Shown piece after piece: positions 1-8,452 of a DNA stretch of 37,804 nt. The stretch spans positions 1 to 37,804 of the forward strand of contig JAYGCM010000071.1 of assembly GCA_046583355.1 (NCBI GenBank), read 5' to 3'. This DNA is from Deltaproteobacteria bacterium. GTDB taxonomy: Bacteria > Desulfobacterota > Binatia > UBA12015. Each line of letters begins with the position of its first letter. The stretch's first letter is position 1. Position numbers and translations under genes: made by a program. The notes beneath the pieces were generated by a model. The model worked only from the letters and a program-made list of their open reading frames with translations, had not been told where the DNA came from and made no database searches.

Positions 1-1
1 G

Positions 2-547
2 GAGGCGGTTGGTCGCCGATGCGATCGCCGAGCCGATCGCGGTGCCGTCATCGACCATCCCGAGTTCGATCCGTTCCAGATTTCGGCGTAGCCAATCGTG
101 GTCGAGCGTAAGCGGGCTCACCACCCAGGGCTGGGCGGCAAATGCGATCAACCCGATGCGGTCGTCCGGACGGGCCGCGACAAAATCTTCGACGACACGC
201 TGTACTACGGCAAGGCGGGTGGCGCGTCTGCCGTCGAGTTTGAAGTCCAGCGCCGCCATCGAGCCGGAGACGTCGAGGGCAATCACAATGTCGATTCCCT
301 CCGCCTCGATCTCCTCCTCGCCGAGGCCGATCTGAGGGCGTGCCAACGCAACCAGGAAGAGCGCCAGCGCCACTGCTCGAAACCATGGGAGTGCATTGCC
401 GCGCCGCCTTCCGCGCAGATCGCCGCTGGCGCGTACGAGGCCGGCGGAGGGGAAGGCAAGGGCTCGAGCCTTTCTCCGCCGACCCAGGCGAGGCAGGAAG
501 GGGAGTAGTACGAGTCCGAGCAGCCAGAGCGGTGCCGCAAAGCTCAT
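2..547 (-). CDS. batA: VWA-domain BatA-like protein, 5' part (runs off the window edge)
   Basis: Not in the ORF track because it has no stop in the window. Manual translation from ATG 547 gives MSFAAPLWLLGLVLLP...ALFLVALARPQ...GIDIVIALDVSGSMAALDF...DRIGLIAFA...SPLTLDH...GTAIGSAI. This has the BatA N-terminus and the MIDAS DxSxS motif. The start overlaps the upstream stop as ATGA. Confidence 0.9.
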   Translation of the reverse strand, partial: MSFAAPLWLLGLVLLPFLPRLGRRRKARALAFPSAGLVRASGDLRGRRRGNALPWFRAVALALFLVALARPQIGLGEEEIEAEGIDIVIALDVSGSMAALDFKLDGRRATRLAVVQRVVEDFVAARPDDRIGLIAFAAQPWVVSPLTLDHDWLRRNLERIELGMVDDGTAIGSAIASATNRL

Positions 548-1047
548 GGTTGGGCCTCCGTGCGCGCGGCGAGGGCCAGTAGTAAAATCTTGGCGCGTTC
601 TTGCCAATCGGGGAGGTCGGGCGGGGAGGCTTGAGTGGAGGCGAATTTAAGCAGGTCGCTTCGATTGCAAAAGAGCGCCAGGTCCGGTGGCGGAGCCGGG
701 AAGGCCGCGAGGATCTCCTGGCTCGTGCGCCGGGTGGCAGGCAAGGCGCCCGTCGCCTCGACATAGCCGCGCAGCGCGTCGGAGGCAGCGATCGCCCAGG
801 CCTCGGCCTGGCCGCTGCCGGCGAAGCCGCCGGCCACTGCGAGGGCCGCATGGGCTCTCCCCAGCGCGTCCGGAACGATCTCGGGTGCGGGCTGGTGACG
901 CACGCGCAGCACGAAGAACAGAATGACGAGTAGAACCGCCGCAAGCAGAAAAGGCCACAGCGGCCAAGCCTCGGCGAAGATAGGGTCGCGGAGGTCGGCG
1001 AGCGCCCGTGAGGCGAGTTGGATCGGGTCTTCGGCGGGAGGGTTCAT
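544..1047 (-). CDS. Single-TM Bat-operon accessory protein (DUF4381-like), 167 aa
   Basis: ATG 1047 overlaps the DUF58 stop (ATGA). Motifs: LADLRDP, a hydrophobic helix WPLWPFLLAAVLLVILFFVL, LRGYVE, RTSQE, SDLLKFA. It sits between DUF58 and BatA as is typical. Confidence 0.75.
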   Translation of the reverse strand: MNPPAEDPIQLASRALADLRDPIFAEAWPLWPFLLAAVLLVILFFVLRVRHQPAPEIVPDALGRAHAALAVAGGFAGSGQAEAWAIAASDALRGYVEATGALPATRRTSQEILAAFPAPPPDLALFCNRSDLLKFASTQASPPDLPDWQERAKILLLALAARTEAQP

Positions 1048-2048
1048 CGGTTGCGGCTCGCCCGGGTCTTGAAGAAGCGCCGCAGGGGGATGAGCCAATC
1101 CCCTTGCGTGTCGATCTCCAGGTGGTCAATCGCCGCGTTGCGCAGCATGCGCGCAAGCTCGGCTCGTCGGCTCGTGCTGGCCGCCGCGAAATCTTCGCGG
1201 ACTCGGCGGTTGCCGGTGTCAACCTCCACTATCTCGCCGGTCTCGGCATCTTCCAGCAGGATGCGGCCGACGGCCGGCAGCTCTCGCTCGCGCGGGTCGG
1301 TGATTTGCAAGGCGACAAGGTCGTGTCGCCGTGCCGTGAGGTCGAGAGCATGGCGTGTGGCGGCGTCCGGCAGAAGACCGCCGCCGCCCAGAAGGTCCGA
1401 GATCAAGAAGGTCAAGGCGCGGCGCTTGCGCACGTGGGTTGCGAATTCGAGTGCGCCGCGTAGGTCGGTGCCGCGGTGCTGATTCTTGAAATAGAGGATC
1501 TCGCGGATCACCCGCAATACGTGGCGACGTCCCTTCTTCGGCGGCAGGTAGCTCTCGACCTCATCAGTGAACAGAATCAATCCGACCTTGTCGTCGTTGC
1601 GGATGGCCGAGAAGGCCAGCACGCTTGCAATTTCGGCGGCGAGTTCGCGTTTGCTGCGATCGGCCGAGCCAAAATCGCCCGAGGCCGAGAGGTCGACCAG
1701 CAGCAGCACGGTCAGCTCGCGTTCTTCGCGAAACTTCTTGATGAAGGGTCGTCCGGCCCGCGCCGTTACGTTCCAATCGATGCTGCGGATATCGTCACCG
1801 GCGATATATTCGCGGACTTCCTCAAAGTCGATGCCGCGCCCCTTGAAGGCGGAATGGTATTGCCCTGCGAAGCTTTCATCGGCGAGTCGCGCACTGCGGA
1901 TCTCGATATGGCGCACATGGTCGAGGATTTCCTTCTCGCGTTCGGCGTCGATTTCGTCGCCACGACCGGCCGCCTGGGCGACCTCGGAGCCGGACCACCA
2001 ATCGCGTAGCCGTCGCAGGGCACCCTCGTTTTCTGCCAGACCTGTCAC
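1044..2048 (-). CDS. DUF58 family protein (MoxR-associated, VWA-like)
   Basis: GRGIDFEEVREYIAGDDIRSIDWNVTAR, KKFREERE, VDLSAS and FLISDL motifs. Starts 2 nt after the MoxR stop; the exact start is uncertain. Confidence 0.92.
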   Translation of the reverse strand: MTGLAENEGALRRLRDWWSGSEVAQAAGRGDEIDAEREKEILDHVRHIEIRSARLADESFAGQYHSAFKGRGIDFEEVREYIAGDDIRSIDWNVTARAGRPFIKKFREERELTVLLLVDLSASGDFGSADRSKRELAAEIASVLAFSAIRNDDKVGLILFTDEVESYLPPKKGRRHVLRVIREILYFKNQHRGTDLRGALEFATHVRKRRALTFLISDLLGGGGLLPDAATRHALDLTARRHDLVALQITDPRERELPAVGRILLEDAETGEIVEVDTGNRRVREDFAAASTSRRAELARMLRNAAIDHLEIDTQGDWLIPLRRFFKTRASRNR

Positions 2049-2050
2049 GA

Positions 2051-3040
2051 TCAGGGCACGGCGATGGCCGAGAAGATTTTCTCTACGAGATCGACGCTCG
2101 TCATATCCTCCGCCTCGGCCTCGTAGCTCGGGATGACACGGTGGCGCAATACATCAAGACCGATTTCCTTGATATCTTGCGGCACGACATAGGCCCGTCC
2201 CGCGAGGAAGGCCCAGGCACGCGCGGCGCGCGCCAGGTTGATGGTTGCACGGGGCGAAGCGCCCCATTGGATGAGGCTCTCCAGGGCGAGGCCGAAGTCG
2301 CCGGGGCGTCGCGTCGCGTGGACGAGATTGACGATATAGCGCCGGATCTTCTCGTCAATATGAATTCGATCGACGACGCAGCGTGCTTCGAGGATCGCCT
2401 CGAGGCTCACCACCTCACGGACGGTCGCCGGTTGCGTCGAGTTCGCCATGCGATCGAGTACGAGCAATTCCTCGTCGACCGAGGGGTAGTCGACCTGCAC
2501 TTTCAGCATGAAACGGTCGACCTGCGCCTCGGGCAACGGGTAGGTGCCTTCTTGCTCGATCGGGTTCTGCGTGGCCATGACGAGGAAAGGCGAGGGCAGC
2601 GCGAAGGTCTCATCGCCGATCGTCACTTGGCCCTCCTGCATTGCCTCGAGCAGCGCGCTCTGGACTTTGGCGGGCGCGCGATTGATCTCGTCTGCGAGTA
2701 CGAGATTGGCGAAGACGGGTCCGCGCCGCGTCTCAAAGCTGCTCTCGCGCGGGTTGTAGATCTGCGTGCCAACGATATCGGCAGGCAGCATATCCGGGGT
2801 GAATTGCAGGCGTTGGAAGCGACCGTGGACGGCGTCGGCGAGGGTTTTCAGCGTAAGCGTCTTGGCGAGTCCGGGGACACCCTCCAGAAGGATATGGCCG
2901 CCGGTGAGCAGCGCCGTCAGCAATCGGTCGATCAGACCCACCTGGCCGACGATGACGGAGCCGAGTTCCTGGCGCAGGCCGCCAATCCAATGCCCACTAC
3001 GGGCGATCTCTTCTTCGCTGGGTGTCTCGCGTTGTTCCAT
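2051..3040 (-). CDS. moxR: MoxR family AAA+ ATPase, 329 aa
   Basis: Walker A GVPGLAKT, RLQFTPDMLPADIVG, Walker B LADEINRA, ATQNPIEQEGTYPLPEAQVDRF, GASPRA. ATG 3040 is preceded by GGAGGAG. Confidence 0.96.
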   Translation of the reverse strand: MEQRETPSEEEIARSGHWIGGLRQELGSVIVGQVGLIDRLLTALLTGGHILLEGVPGLAKTLTLKTLADAVHGRFQRLQFTPDMLPADIVGTQIYNPRESSFETRRGPVFANLVLADEINRAPAKVQSALLEAMQEGQVTIGDETFALPSPFLVMATQNPIEQEGTYPLPEAQVDRFMLKVQVDYPSVDEELLVLDRMANSTQPATVREVVSLEAILEARCVVDRIHIDEKIRRYIVNLVHATRRPGDFGLALESLIQWGASPRATINLARAARAWAFLAGRAYVVPQDIKEIGLDVLRHRVIPSYEAEAEDMTSVDLVEKIFSAIAVP

Positions 3041-3113
3041 CTCTTCTCCTCCCACAAACCTTCGCTTCCTTGGCCCGGATGTCAAATTTCCGTCTCGGGC
3101 TCTCGTTGATTCA

Positions 3114-3142
3114 TTGATTTTGCACTGAGAGTGCAGTAATCT
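3114..3142 (+). promoter_or_regulatory. Sigma70-type promoter of the tetR gene, with a palindromic operator in the spacer
   Basis: TTGATT (3114-3119), 17 nt, TAATCT (3137-3142). The inverted repeat TGCACT-GAG-AGTGCA (3121-3135) lies between them. The GTG start is 6 nt after the -10. Confidence 0.7.
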
Positions 3143-3148
3143 ACGGGA

Positions 3149-3760
3149 GTGTCCGCGTCCTCGCCCGCGCGCGTTGATGGCCGCACGGCGCGCAGCATTC
3201 GCTCGCGCCAGGCCGTCGTCGAAGCATTGCTCGATCTGCTCGAAGAGGGCAAGTTGCGCCCGACGGCTGCACAGATCGCGGATCGTGCAGGGCTCTCGCT
3301 GCGCTCTGTCTTCCAGCATTTCGAAAACCTCGAGAACCTTTTCGCGGCGGCTGCCGAGGGCCACCTGGCGAGGCTCGCACCGCTCCGTACGGCCATTCCA
3401 CGAGACCGCCCGCTCGCCGAACGTCTCGATCTTTTCTCGGAGCGGCGCGCCAAGCTTCTCGAAGCAATCACGCCGGTTCGCCGGGCCTCGTTGCGTGTCG
3501 AGCCCTTTTCGGACGAAGTCGCGCGAAGGCTCGACGCGTCGCGCGAGCTCGGCCGCCGTGAGGTTGCCGTGGTTTTCGCGCCAGAATTGGGACGCTACGC
3601 TGAGCCGGCCCGAAGGCTTCTGCTGGCACGGATGTCAGCGTCCAGTGGGTGGGCGATGTGGGATGCGCTGCGCCGCCACGAGGGGCTGGAGGTCGCCGAG
3701 GCACGTATGCAGATGCGAGAGATTCTCGCGGCCCTGCTCGCACCGGACCCGCCTGTTTGA
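3149..3760 (+). CDS. TetR/AcrR family transcriptional regulator
   Basis: N-terminal [15 protein letters not shown]...[28 protein letters not shown]. 203 aa. Confidence 0.92.
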   Translation: MSASSPARVDGRTARSIRSRQAVVEALLDLLEEGKLRPTAAQIADRAGLSLRSVFQHFENLENLFAAAAEGHLARLAPLRTAIPRDRPLAERLDLFSERRAKLLEAITPVRRASLRVEPFSDEVARRLDASRELGRREVAVVFAPELGRYAEPARRLLLARMSASSGWAMWDALRRHEGLEVAEARMQMREILAALLAPDPPV

Positions 3761-3779
3761 AACTGAAATTCGATTTCAA
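3757..3779. promoter_or_regulatory. AT-rich 23-bp inverted repeat, candidate Fur-type box upstream of bfr
   Basis: TTGAAA-CT-GAA-A-TTC-GA-TTTCAA. The 19-nt core GAAACTGAAATTCGATTTC matches the classical Fur box at 12/19 positions. Confidence 0.45.
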
Positions 3780-3909
3780 GCAGATGGTTCCAGAGGGCCG
3801 GTCAGGTCTCTGGAGGTGTCCGATCGCTTTCGGGTGGACGCCTCACTTCCGCGACCGCCCGCATGCTGCTAGCCTCGACAGCATTCGCAATGTGGCAGGA
3901 GGCCATACC

Positions 3910-4380
3910 ATGAAGGGCAATAAGAAAATCATCGAGGCGTTGAACGACGTACTCACGGGAGAACTGACCGGAGTCAACCAGTATTTTGTGCATTTCCGGA
4001 TGCAGGAGAATTGGGGCTATGACCGGCTCGCCAAGGTGAGTCGCGAAGAGTCGATCGGCGAGATGAAGCATGCGGACCAACTCATCGAGCGAATTCTTTA
4101 TCTCGAAGGCATTCCCAATATGCAGCGACTCTCCAAGATCGCGGTTGGCGAGACCATCAAGGAGCAGCTGGGGGCAGATCTCAAGCTTGAGGTGAATGCC
4201 GTCAAGCTTCTGCAGAAGTCCGTAGAGTTGGCGCTCACTGTCGGCGACACCGGATCGCGGGAACTCTTGGAGCACATTCTGGTTGACGAAGAAGAGCATC
4301 TCGATTTTCTCGAGACGCAGCTAGGCCTGATCAAGGAATTGGGCGAACCGCTCTACCTCTCGCAGCAGCTGCACGCGTAG
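3910..4380 (+). CDS. bfr: Bacterioferritin, 156 aa
   Basis: [38 protein letters not shown] (heme Met and ferroxidase ligands), [24 protein letters not shown]. Preceded by RBS GGAGG. Confidence 0.97.
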   Translation: MKGNKKIIEALNDVLTGELTGVNQYFVHFRMQENWGYDRLAKVSREESIGEMKHADQLIERILYLEGIPNMQRLSKIAVGETIKEQLGADLKLEVNAVKLLQKSVELALTVGDTGSRELLEHILVDEEEHLDFLETQLGLIKELGEPLYLSQQLHA

Positions 4381-4386
4381 GTAGGA

Positions 4387-4410
4387 CGGGGGGGCGTTCC
4401 AGCCTCCCCG
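4387..4410. terminator. GC-rich hairpin between convergent bfr and the acyl-CoA dehydrogenase
   Basis: CGGGGGGGC-GTTCCA-GCCTCCCCG stem-loop with no clear U-tract. Confidence 0.4.
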
Positions 4411-4415
4411 CGACG

Positions 4416-6137
4416 TCAGAGCCCCAGGATTCGGTCGTAGCGGGCCAAGCGCGACACATCGCCGCTTTGGATGCGTCTGGCATTGAACTCGACTTCCAGC
4501 ATCTTGCGGTTGATATACGCCTCGGCAATCGCACTTTTCTCGTCGGAGATATCTGCTTGAAAGAGCAGTTCGGCGCCAACCATGACCGCGATCACCATAT
4601 CGCAGATCCGCTTCGAGTTGAGCATGGCGTAGGAGATATCCTCCAGCATCGCCGGTAGGGCGTTGCCGATATCGGCGATGCCTTTGTTCAGCATCGCAAC
4701 CTGCTCGGGGTGCGACGCTCGTAGGCGCTTCAGGTCGGCGACCAGACTATCGAGCGCCGGGTCGAGAGCGCCCTTGCCGAGTTCCTTGAGGGCAAAGCTC
4801 GCCTGGATTTCCGAGGTCCCCTCGTAAATTGTCGTGATGATTGAATCGACGTGATAATGCGCCGCCGGTGACTCGGCCATGAAGCCGAGGCCACCATGGA
4901 CCTGCACGCCGCGGCGCGAGACATCGTTGGCAACTTCCGTACAGAGGTATTTGCAGAGAGGGGTGAGGAAGCGCAGGAGTTGATGGCTGCTCTCGGCTTC
5001 GGCCTGCAGGGCCTCGCGGTCGAACTCCTCTTCGTCGCGGTCGCTTGCCAAATAGGTCTGCAATGCTTCGACCTGATCGGAAAGTGCGGCGGTTCGGTAG
5101 AGCAGGGCGCGGGCGGCTTCGATCTCCAGCGCCATCAACGACACCATCGATTTGACCAGCGGTTGCTGGATGATCGGGATGCCGAATTGGATTCGCTCGC
5201 CGGCGTAGTCGCGGGCCTGTCGATAGGCGGCCTCGGCAATGCCCAGGCCCTGTGCGGCCACGCCGAGGCGGGCGGCGTTCATCAGGTCCAGCATGGCGCG
5301 GAAGCCGTTGCCGCGCTCGCCGAGCAGGAAGGCCTCGGCATGGTCGAACTCAACACCGCAGGTTGGCGAACCATGCAAGCCCATTTTTTTCTCGACGCGG
5401 GAGACGCTCACGGTATTGCGCGAGCCGTCGGCCAGGAGAGTCGGGCAGAGCAGGAGATTGAGCCCGTTGGTGGTGCCCTTGGACTGGTCGTAGGTCTCGC
5501 TGTCGCGCGCCAGCACCAGATGAACCTCGGCGCCGCCGTTGGTGATGAAGATCTTGCTGCCGTCGAGGAACCAGCGCTCCCCTTCGAGAGTGGCACGGGT
5601 CCGGATGCTGCCCAGGTCGGAGCCAGCCTGCGGCTCTGTCAGGTCCATGCAGCCGGCGATTTCGCCGGAGACGAAGCGGGGGAGCCATTCCTTCTTCAGT
5701 TCGTCACTACCGTATTTCTGGATATCGAGCGCCGCGCCGGCCGAAAGCCCGACGATCGTCATCAGGCTCGTATCGGCCCGCGAGAGCATTTCGAGGTAGA
5801 AAATATTCAGCAGATTTGGCAGGCCGTAGCCGCCGTATTCTGCTTCGAGCATCAAGCAGGTCAAACCAGCATCGCGGAGCTTGGCATAGCCCTTTTCGAT
5901 ATGAGCCGGCTTGCGGACCACGCCGTCCTCCAGGACGACCTCGGCGTGCCAGGCATCTTTGGAATCGACCTCGATATCGGCGCAGATATCGCCCAGGGTT
6001 GAGAGGATCGTGCGATAGGTATCGAGTTCCTCGCCGAGGTCGACCGGGCCGGGCCGCTTCAAGCGGAAGAAGCGTCCCCAATCGACACGTTGTTCGAGGA
6101 AGAGTTGAATGTCGCGATGAAAGAATTCAGCAGCCAT
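4416..6137 (-). CDS. Acyl-CoA dehydrogenase (long, 573-aa type)
   Basis: MDLTEPQAGSDL, GSKIFITNG, KKMGLHGSPT, MNAARLGVA, RIQFG, QVHGGLGF, IYEGTSEIQ. RBS GGAGG. Confidence 0.96.
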   Translation of the reverse strand: MAAEFFHRDIQLFLEQRVDWGRFFRLKRPGPVDLGEELDTYRTILSTLGDICADIEVDSKDAWHAEVVLEDGVVRKPAHIEKGYAKLRDAGLTCLMLEAEYGGYGLPNLLNIFYLEMLSRADTSLMTIVGLSAGAALDIQKYGSDELKKEWLPRFVSGEIAGCMDLTEPQAGSDLGSIRTRATLEGERWFLDGSKIFITNGGAEVHLVLARDSETYDQSKGTTNGLNLLLCPTLLADGSRNTVSVSRVEKKMGLHGSPTCGVEFDHAEAFLLGERGNGFRAMLDLMNAARLGVAAQGLGIAEAAYRQARDYAGERIQFGIPIIQQPLVKSMVSLMALEIEAARALLYRTAALSDQVEALQTYLASDRDEEEFDREALQAEAESSHQLLRFLTPLCKYLCTEVANDVSRRGVQVHGGLGFMAESPAAHYHVDSIITTIYEGTSEIQASFALKELGKGALDPALDSLVADLKRLRASHPEQVAMLNKGIADIGNALPAMLEDISYAMLNSKRICDMVIAVMVGAELLFQADISDEKSAIAEAYINRKMLEVEFNARRIQSGDVSRLARYDRILGL

Positions 6138-6192
6138 GATCGATTACCTCCGCAGCTGGTTCGGGCCTACCACGAGAGTGTGGCCGCGACAC

Positions 6193-6207
6193 CTGAACAC
6201 TGGTCAG
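6193..6207. promoter_or_regulatory. Imperfect palindrome, candidate TetR-type operator in the divergent ACAD/DsbA region
   Basis: CTGAACA-C-TGGTCAG, with 6 of 7 symmetric pairs. Confidence 0.35.
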
Positions 6208-6244
6208 TTTGACGATGCGGTCTGTGGCGGGCAGGAAGTGAACC

Positions 6245-7123
6245 ATGGTTGGCAGAGTATTCTGGAGACGCGTCCTCACGTTGGCCGCAGCCGCGGTTCT
6301 TTTCTCTTCGGTTGTGGCCTGCGCGGCCAGCGCAGCCGCGCCGGAGGGCGAGTGGGCGGTCTTGATCCGCCACTTCCGCACCAAGGCGCAGATCGCACCG
6401 GCTTCATCCGTGCGTGTGGTTCGGGTCGAGGAATCCGCCCTCGGCGAGGGGACGCGTGCGGGCGTATTGCAAGTTGGCGAAGGGCCGGCCGCCAAGGAAA
6501 CCGCCTTTGTGGCATCGCCCGACGGTCGCTTCGTCGTCTTCGGTGCCGTCGAGGACGTGACGCTCGACCCTGCCGCTGCGGTGATGGCGAAGATCCAGCT
6601 CGACGGCGAGGTTTTCCGTGGCCCGGCCGACGCGCCGATCACCGTCGTTGAGTATTCCGATTTCCAATGTCCCTTTTGCGCGAAGGGCTACCGAATCATC
6701 GAAGAGGAGGTTTTGCCGGCGTATGAGGGAAAGATTCGGTTCTTCTACAAACACCTCCCCTTGCCCTTCCATTCCTGGGCGGAGCCGGCGGCCATTGCCA
6801 TGGAATGCGTAAAGTTGCAGAGCCCCGCGGCGTCCTGGCGGGTCTATGAGGCTCTCTTCGAGAAGCAGCGGCAGATCCGTCTCGATAATGTGAGTGATAA
6901 GGTCTTTGCGCTGGCGGACGACGCAGCGCTGGTCCGTGCGACCTTTGACGCCTGTGTCGTGGGCAAGGACACCCTGGGCCGCGTACGTGCCCAGGCGGCT
7001 GAGGCGGCCTCGATCGGGCTCAGTGGAACGCCCTCGTTCGTCATCAACGGTCGGATCATCAAGGGAGCACAGCCGCCGGCGCGTTTCCGCGCCATTCTCG
7101 ATGATGAGCTCCAGATCGACTGA
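6245..7123 (+). CDS. DsbA/thioredoxin-fold thiol-disulfide oxidoreductase with signal peptide
   Basis: N-terminal signal, GPADAPITVVEYSDFQCPFC, KHLPLPFH and cis-Pro loop GTPSFVING. The region before the catalytic domain (ASPDGRFVVFG) resembles a DsbC-type N-domain. Confidence 0.92.
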   Translation: MVGRVFWRRVLTLAAAAVLFSSVVACAASAAAPEGEWAVLIRHFRTKAQIAPASSVRVVRVEESALGEGTRAGVLQVGEGPAAKETAFVASPDGRFVVFGAVEDVTLDPAAAVMAKIQLDGEVFRGPADAPITVVEYSDFQCPFCAKGYRIIEEEVLPAYEGKIRFFYKHLPLPFHSWAEPAAIAMECVKLQSPAASWRVYEALFEKQRQIRLDNVSDKVFALADDAALVRATFDACVVGKDTLGRVRAQAAEAASIGLSGTPSFVINGRIIKGAQPPARFRAILDDELQID

Positions 7124-7208
7124 GCAAGAGGCCCGGCCTCCAGAGGTGCGGTCGAGGCTCTGGTCCCTTGCCCCGCTGCGGGTCGTTACGTAACGGAGCC
7201 AGCGGAGC

Positions 7209-8390
7209 ATGAAATGGTATTCAGCACTCTCGCGTGACGGGGATCTCGTCGCCGCAGCGCGCGCAGTCGCGGACGAGGTCCGTGATGCCCTCGATGGTGT
7301 AGAGCCGAACCTTGTTCTCCTTTTTGTCTCGGAGGAACATGCCGAGCGCTACCGCGAGGCATCGGCGCTTTTGAGCAGTGAGTTCTCGACCGCGCTGCTG
7401 CTCGGCTGCACGGCGCGTAGCGTGATCGGCGGTGCCGACGAAGCCGAGGAGGGGCCCGGTCTCTCGGTGACGGTCGCGTCTTTGCCCGGCGTAACGCTGC
7501 GGCCCTTCCATCTCGATGCCGGAGAATTGCCCGACCCGCGCGAGGCGCACGCCTTCTGGCCCGAAAAACTGGGCGCGGCCACCAGCGAGAGTCCGGGTTT
7601 TGTGATCCTCTCCGACCCCTTCTTTTTTGATGTTGACGGATTTATTCACGGCCTCGACGCGGCGTTTCCGCAAAGTGTCAAAGTCGGCGGTGTGGCGAGT
7701 GCCGGACGCGCACCTGGCGAAAATGCGCTTTATATCGGGACCGATGTGCATCGTGGTGGCGCGGTTGGCGTAGCCTTCTGCGGCGAGATCGAAATCGAGA
7801 CCGTGGTTTCGCAGGGCTGTCGGCCGATCGGTCAGCCGATGTTCGTCACCCGCGCACGGGAGAATATTCTTTTCGAGATTGACGGACGACCCGCGTTGCC
7901 AGCCTTGGAGGGGCTTGTAGAATCGCTGAGCGAGGAAGATCAGGCACTCGCCCGGGGGTCGCTCTTCCTGGGCATCGGCATGGATGAGAATCAGGGCCAT
8001 TTCAAAATGGGCGACTTTATCGTGCGAAATCTGGTGGGCACGGACAAGGCTAGCGGTGCGCTCGTGGTCGGCGGCTTGCTGCGTGCCAACCAGGTGGTGC
8101 AATTCCAACTGCGCGACGCACATACGGCAGCCGAGGATCTTGATCTTCGCTTGACCAAAATCGCAGAGGGCGGCGTGCAGGCTGAGGCCGCCTTGCTCTT
8201 CTCCTGCCTCGGTCGCGGCGCTCATCTCTACGGAAGGCCCAATCACGATTCCGACGCGCTGCGGTCGCATCTCGGAGCGCTGCCGATCGGCGGCTTTTTC
8301 GCCAACGGCGAGATCGGCCCCGTTGGCGGCAAGACTTTCGTGCATGGCTATACCAGCGTCATCGCCCTGATCCGCGCGCCCCGCAGCTGA
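7209..8390 (+). CDS. FIST N/C-domain protein (putative small-ligand sensor)
   Basis: LLGCTA..VIG, VGGVAS, VSQGCRPIG, VRNLVG, VQFQLRD, LLFSCLGRG, GFFANGEIGP, HGYTS. Confidence 0.92.
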   Translation: MKWYSALSRDGDLVAAARAVADEVRDALDGVEPNLVLLFVSEEHAERYREASALLSSEFSTALLLGCTARSVIGGADEAEEGPGLSVTVASLPGVTLRPFHLDAGELPDPREAHAFWPEKLGAATSESPGFVILSDPFFFDVDGFIHGLDAAFPQSVKVGGVASAGRAPGENALYIGTDVHRGGAVGVAFCGEIEIETVVSQGCRPIGQPMFVTRARENILFEIDGRPALPALEGLVESLSEEDQALARGSLFLGIGMDENQGHFKMGDFIVRNLVGTDKASGALVVGGLLRANQVVQFQLRDAHTAAEDLDLRLTKIAEGGVQAEAALLFSCLGRGAHLYGRPNHDSDALRSHLGALPIGGFFANGEIGPVGGKTFVHGYTSVIALIRAPRS

Positions 8391-8452
8391 TTCTCAAGTC
8401 CGGGTCTGGCCAATTCTTCCGAGCTCCAAGGGCTGGGCCTCCAGGTGGAGGA

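Noticed and set aside
3041..3364. Long N-terminal extensions in the ORF track for moxR (also bfr, rmlA, rmlC, rmlD, the GT-C-like gene and the pentapeptide gene)
   Set aside because: Internal starts have an RBS or ATGA/GTGA coupling and match family N-termini. The extensions overlap neighbouring genes.
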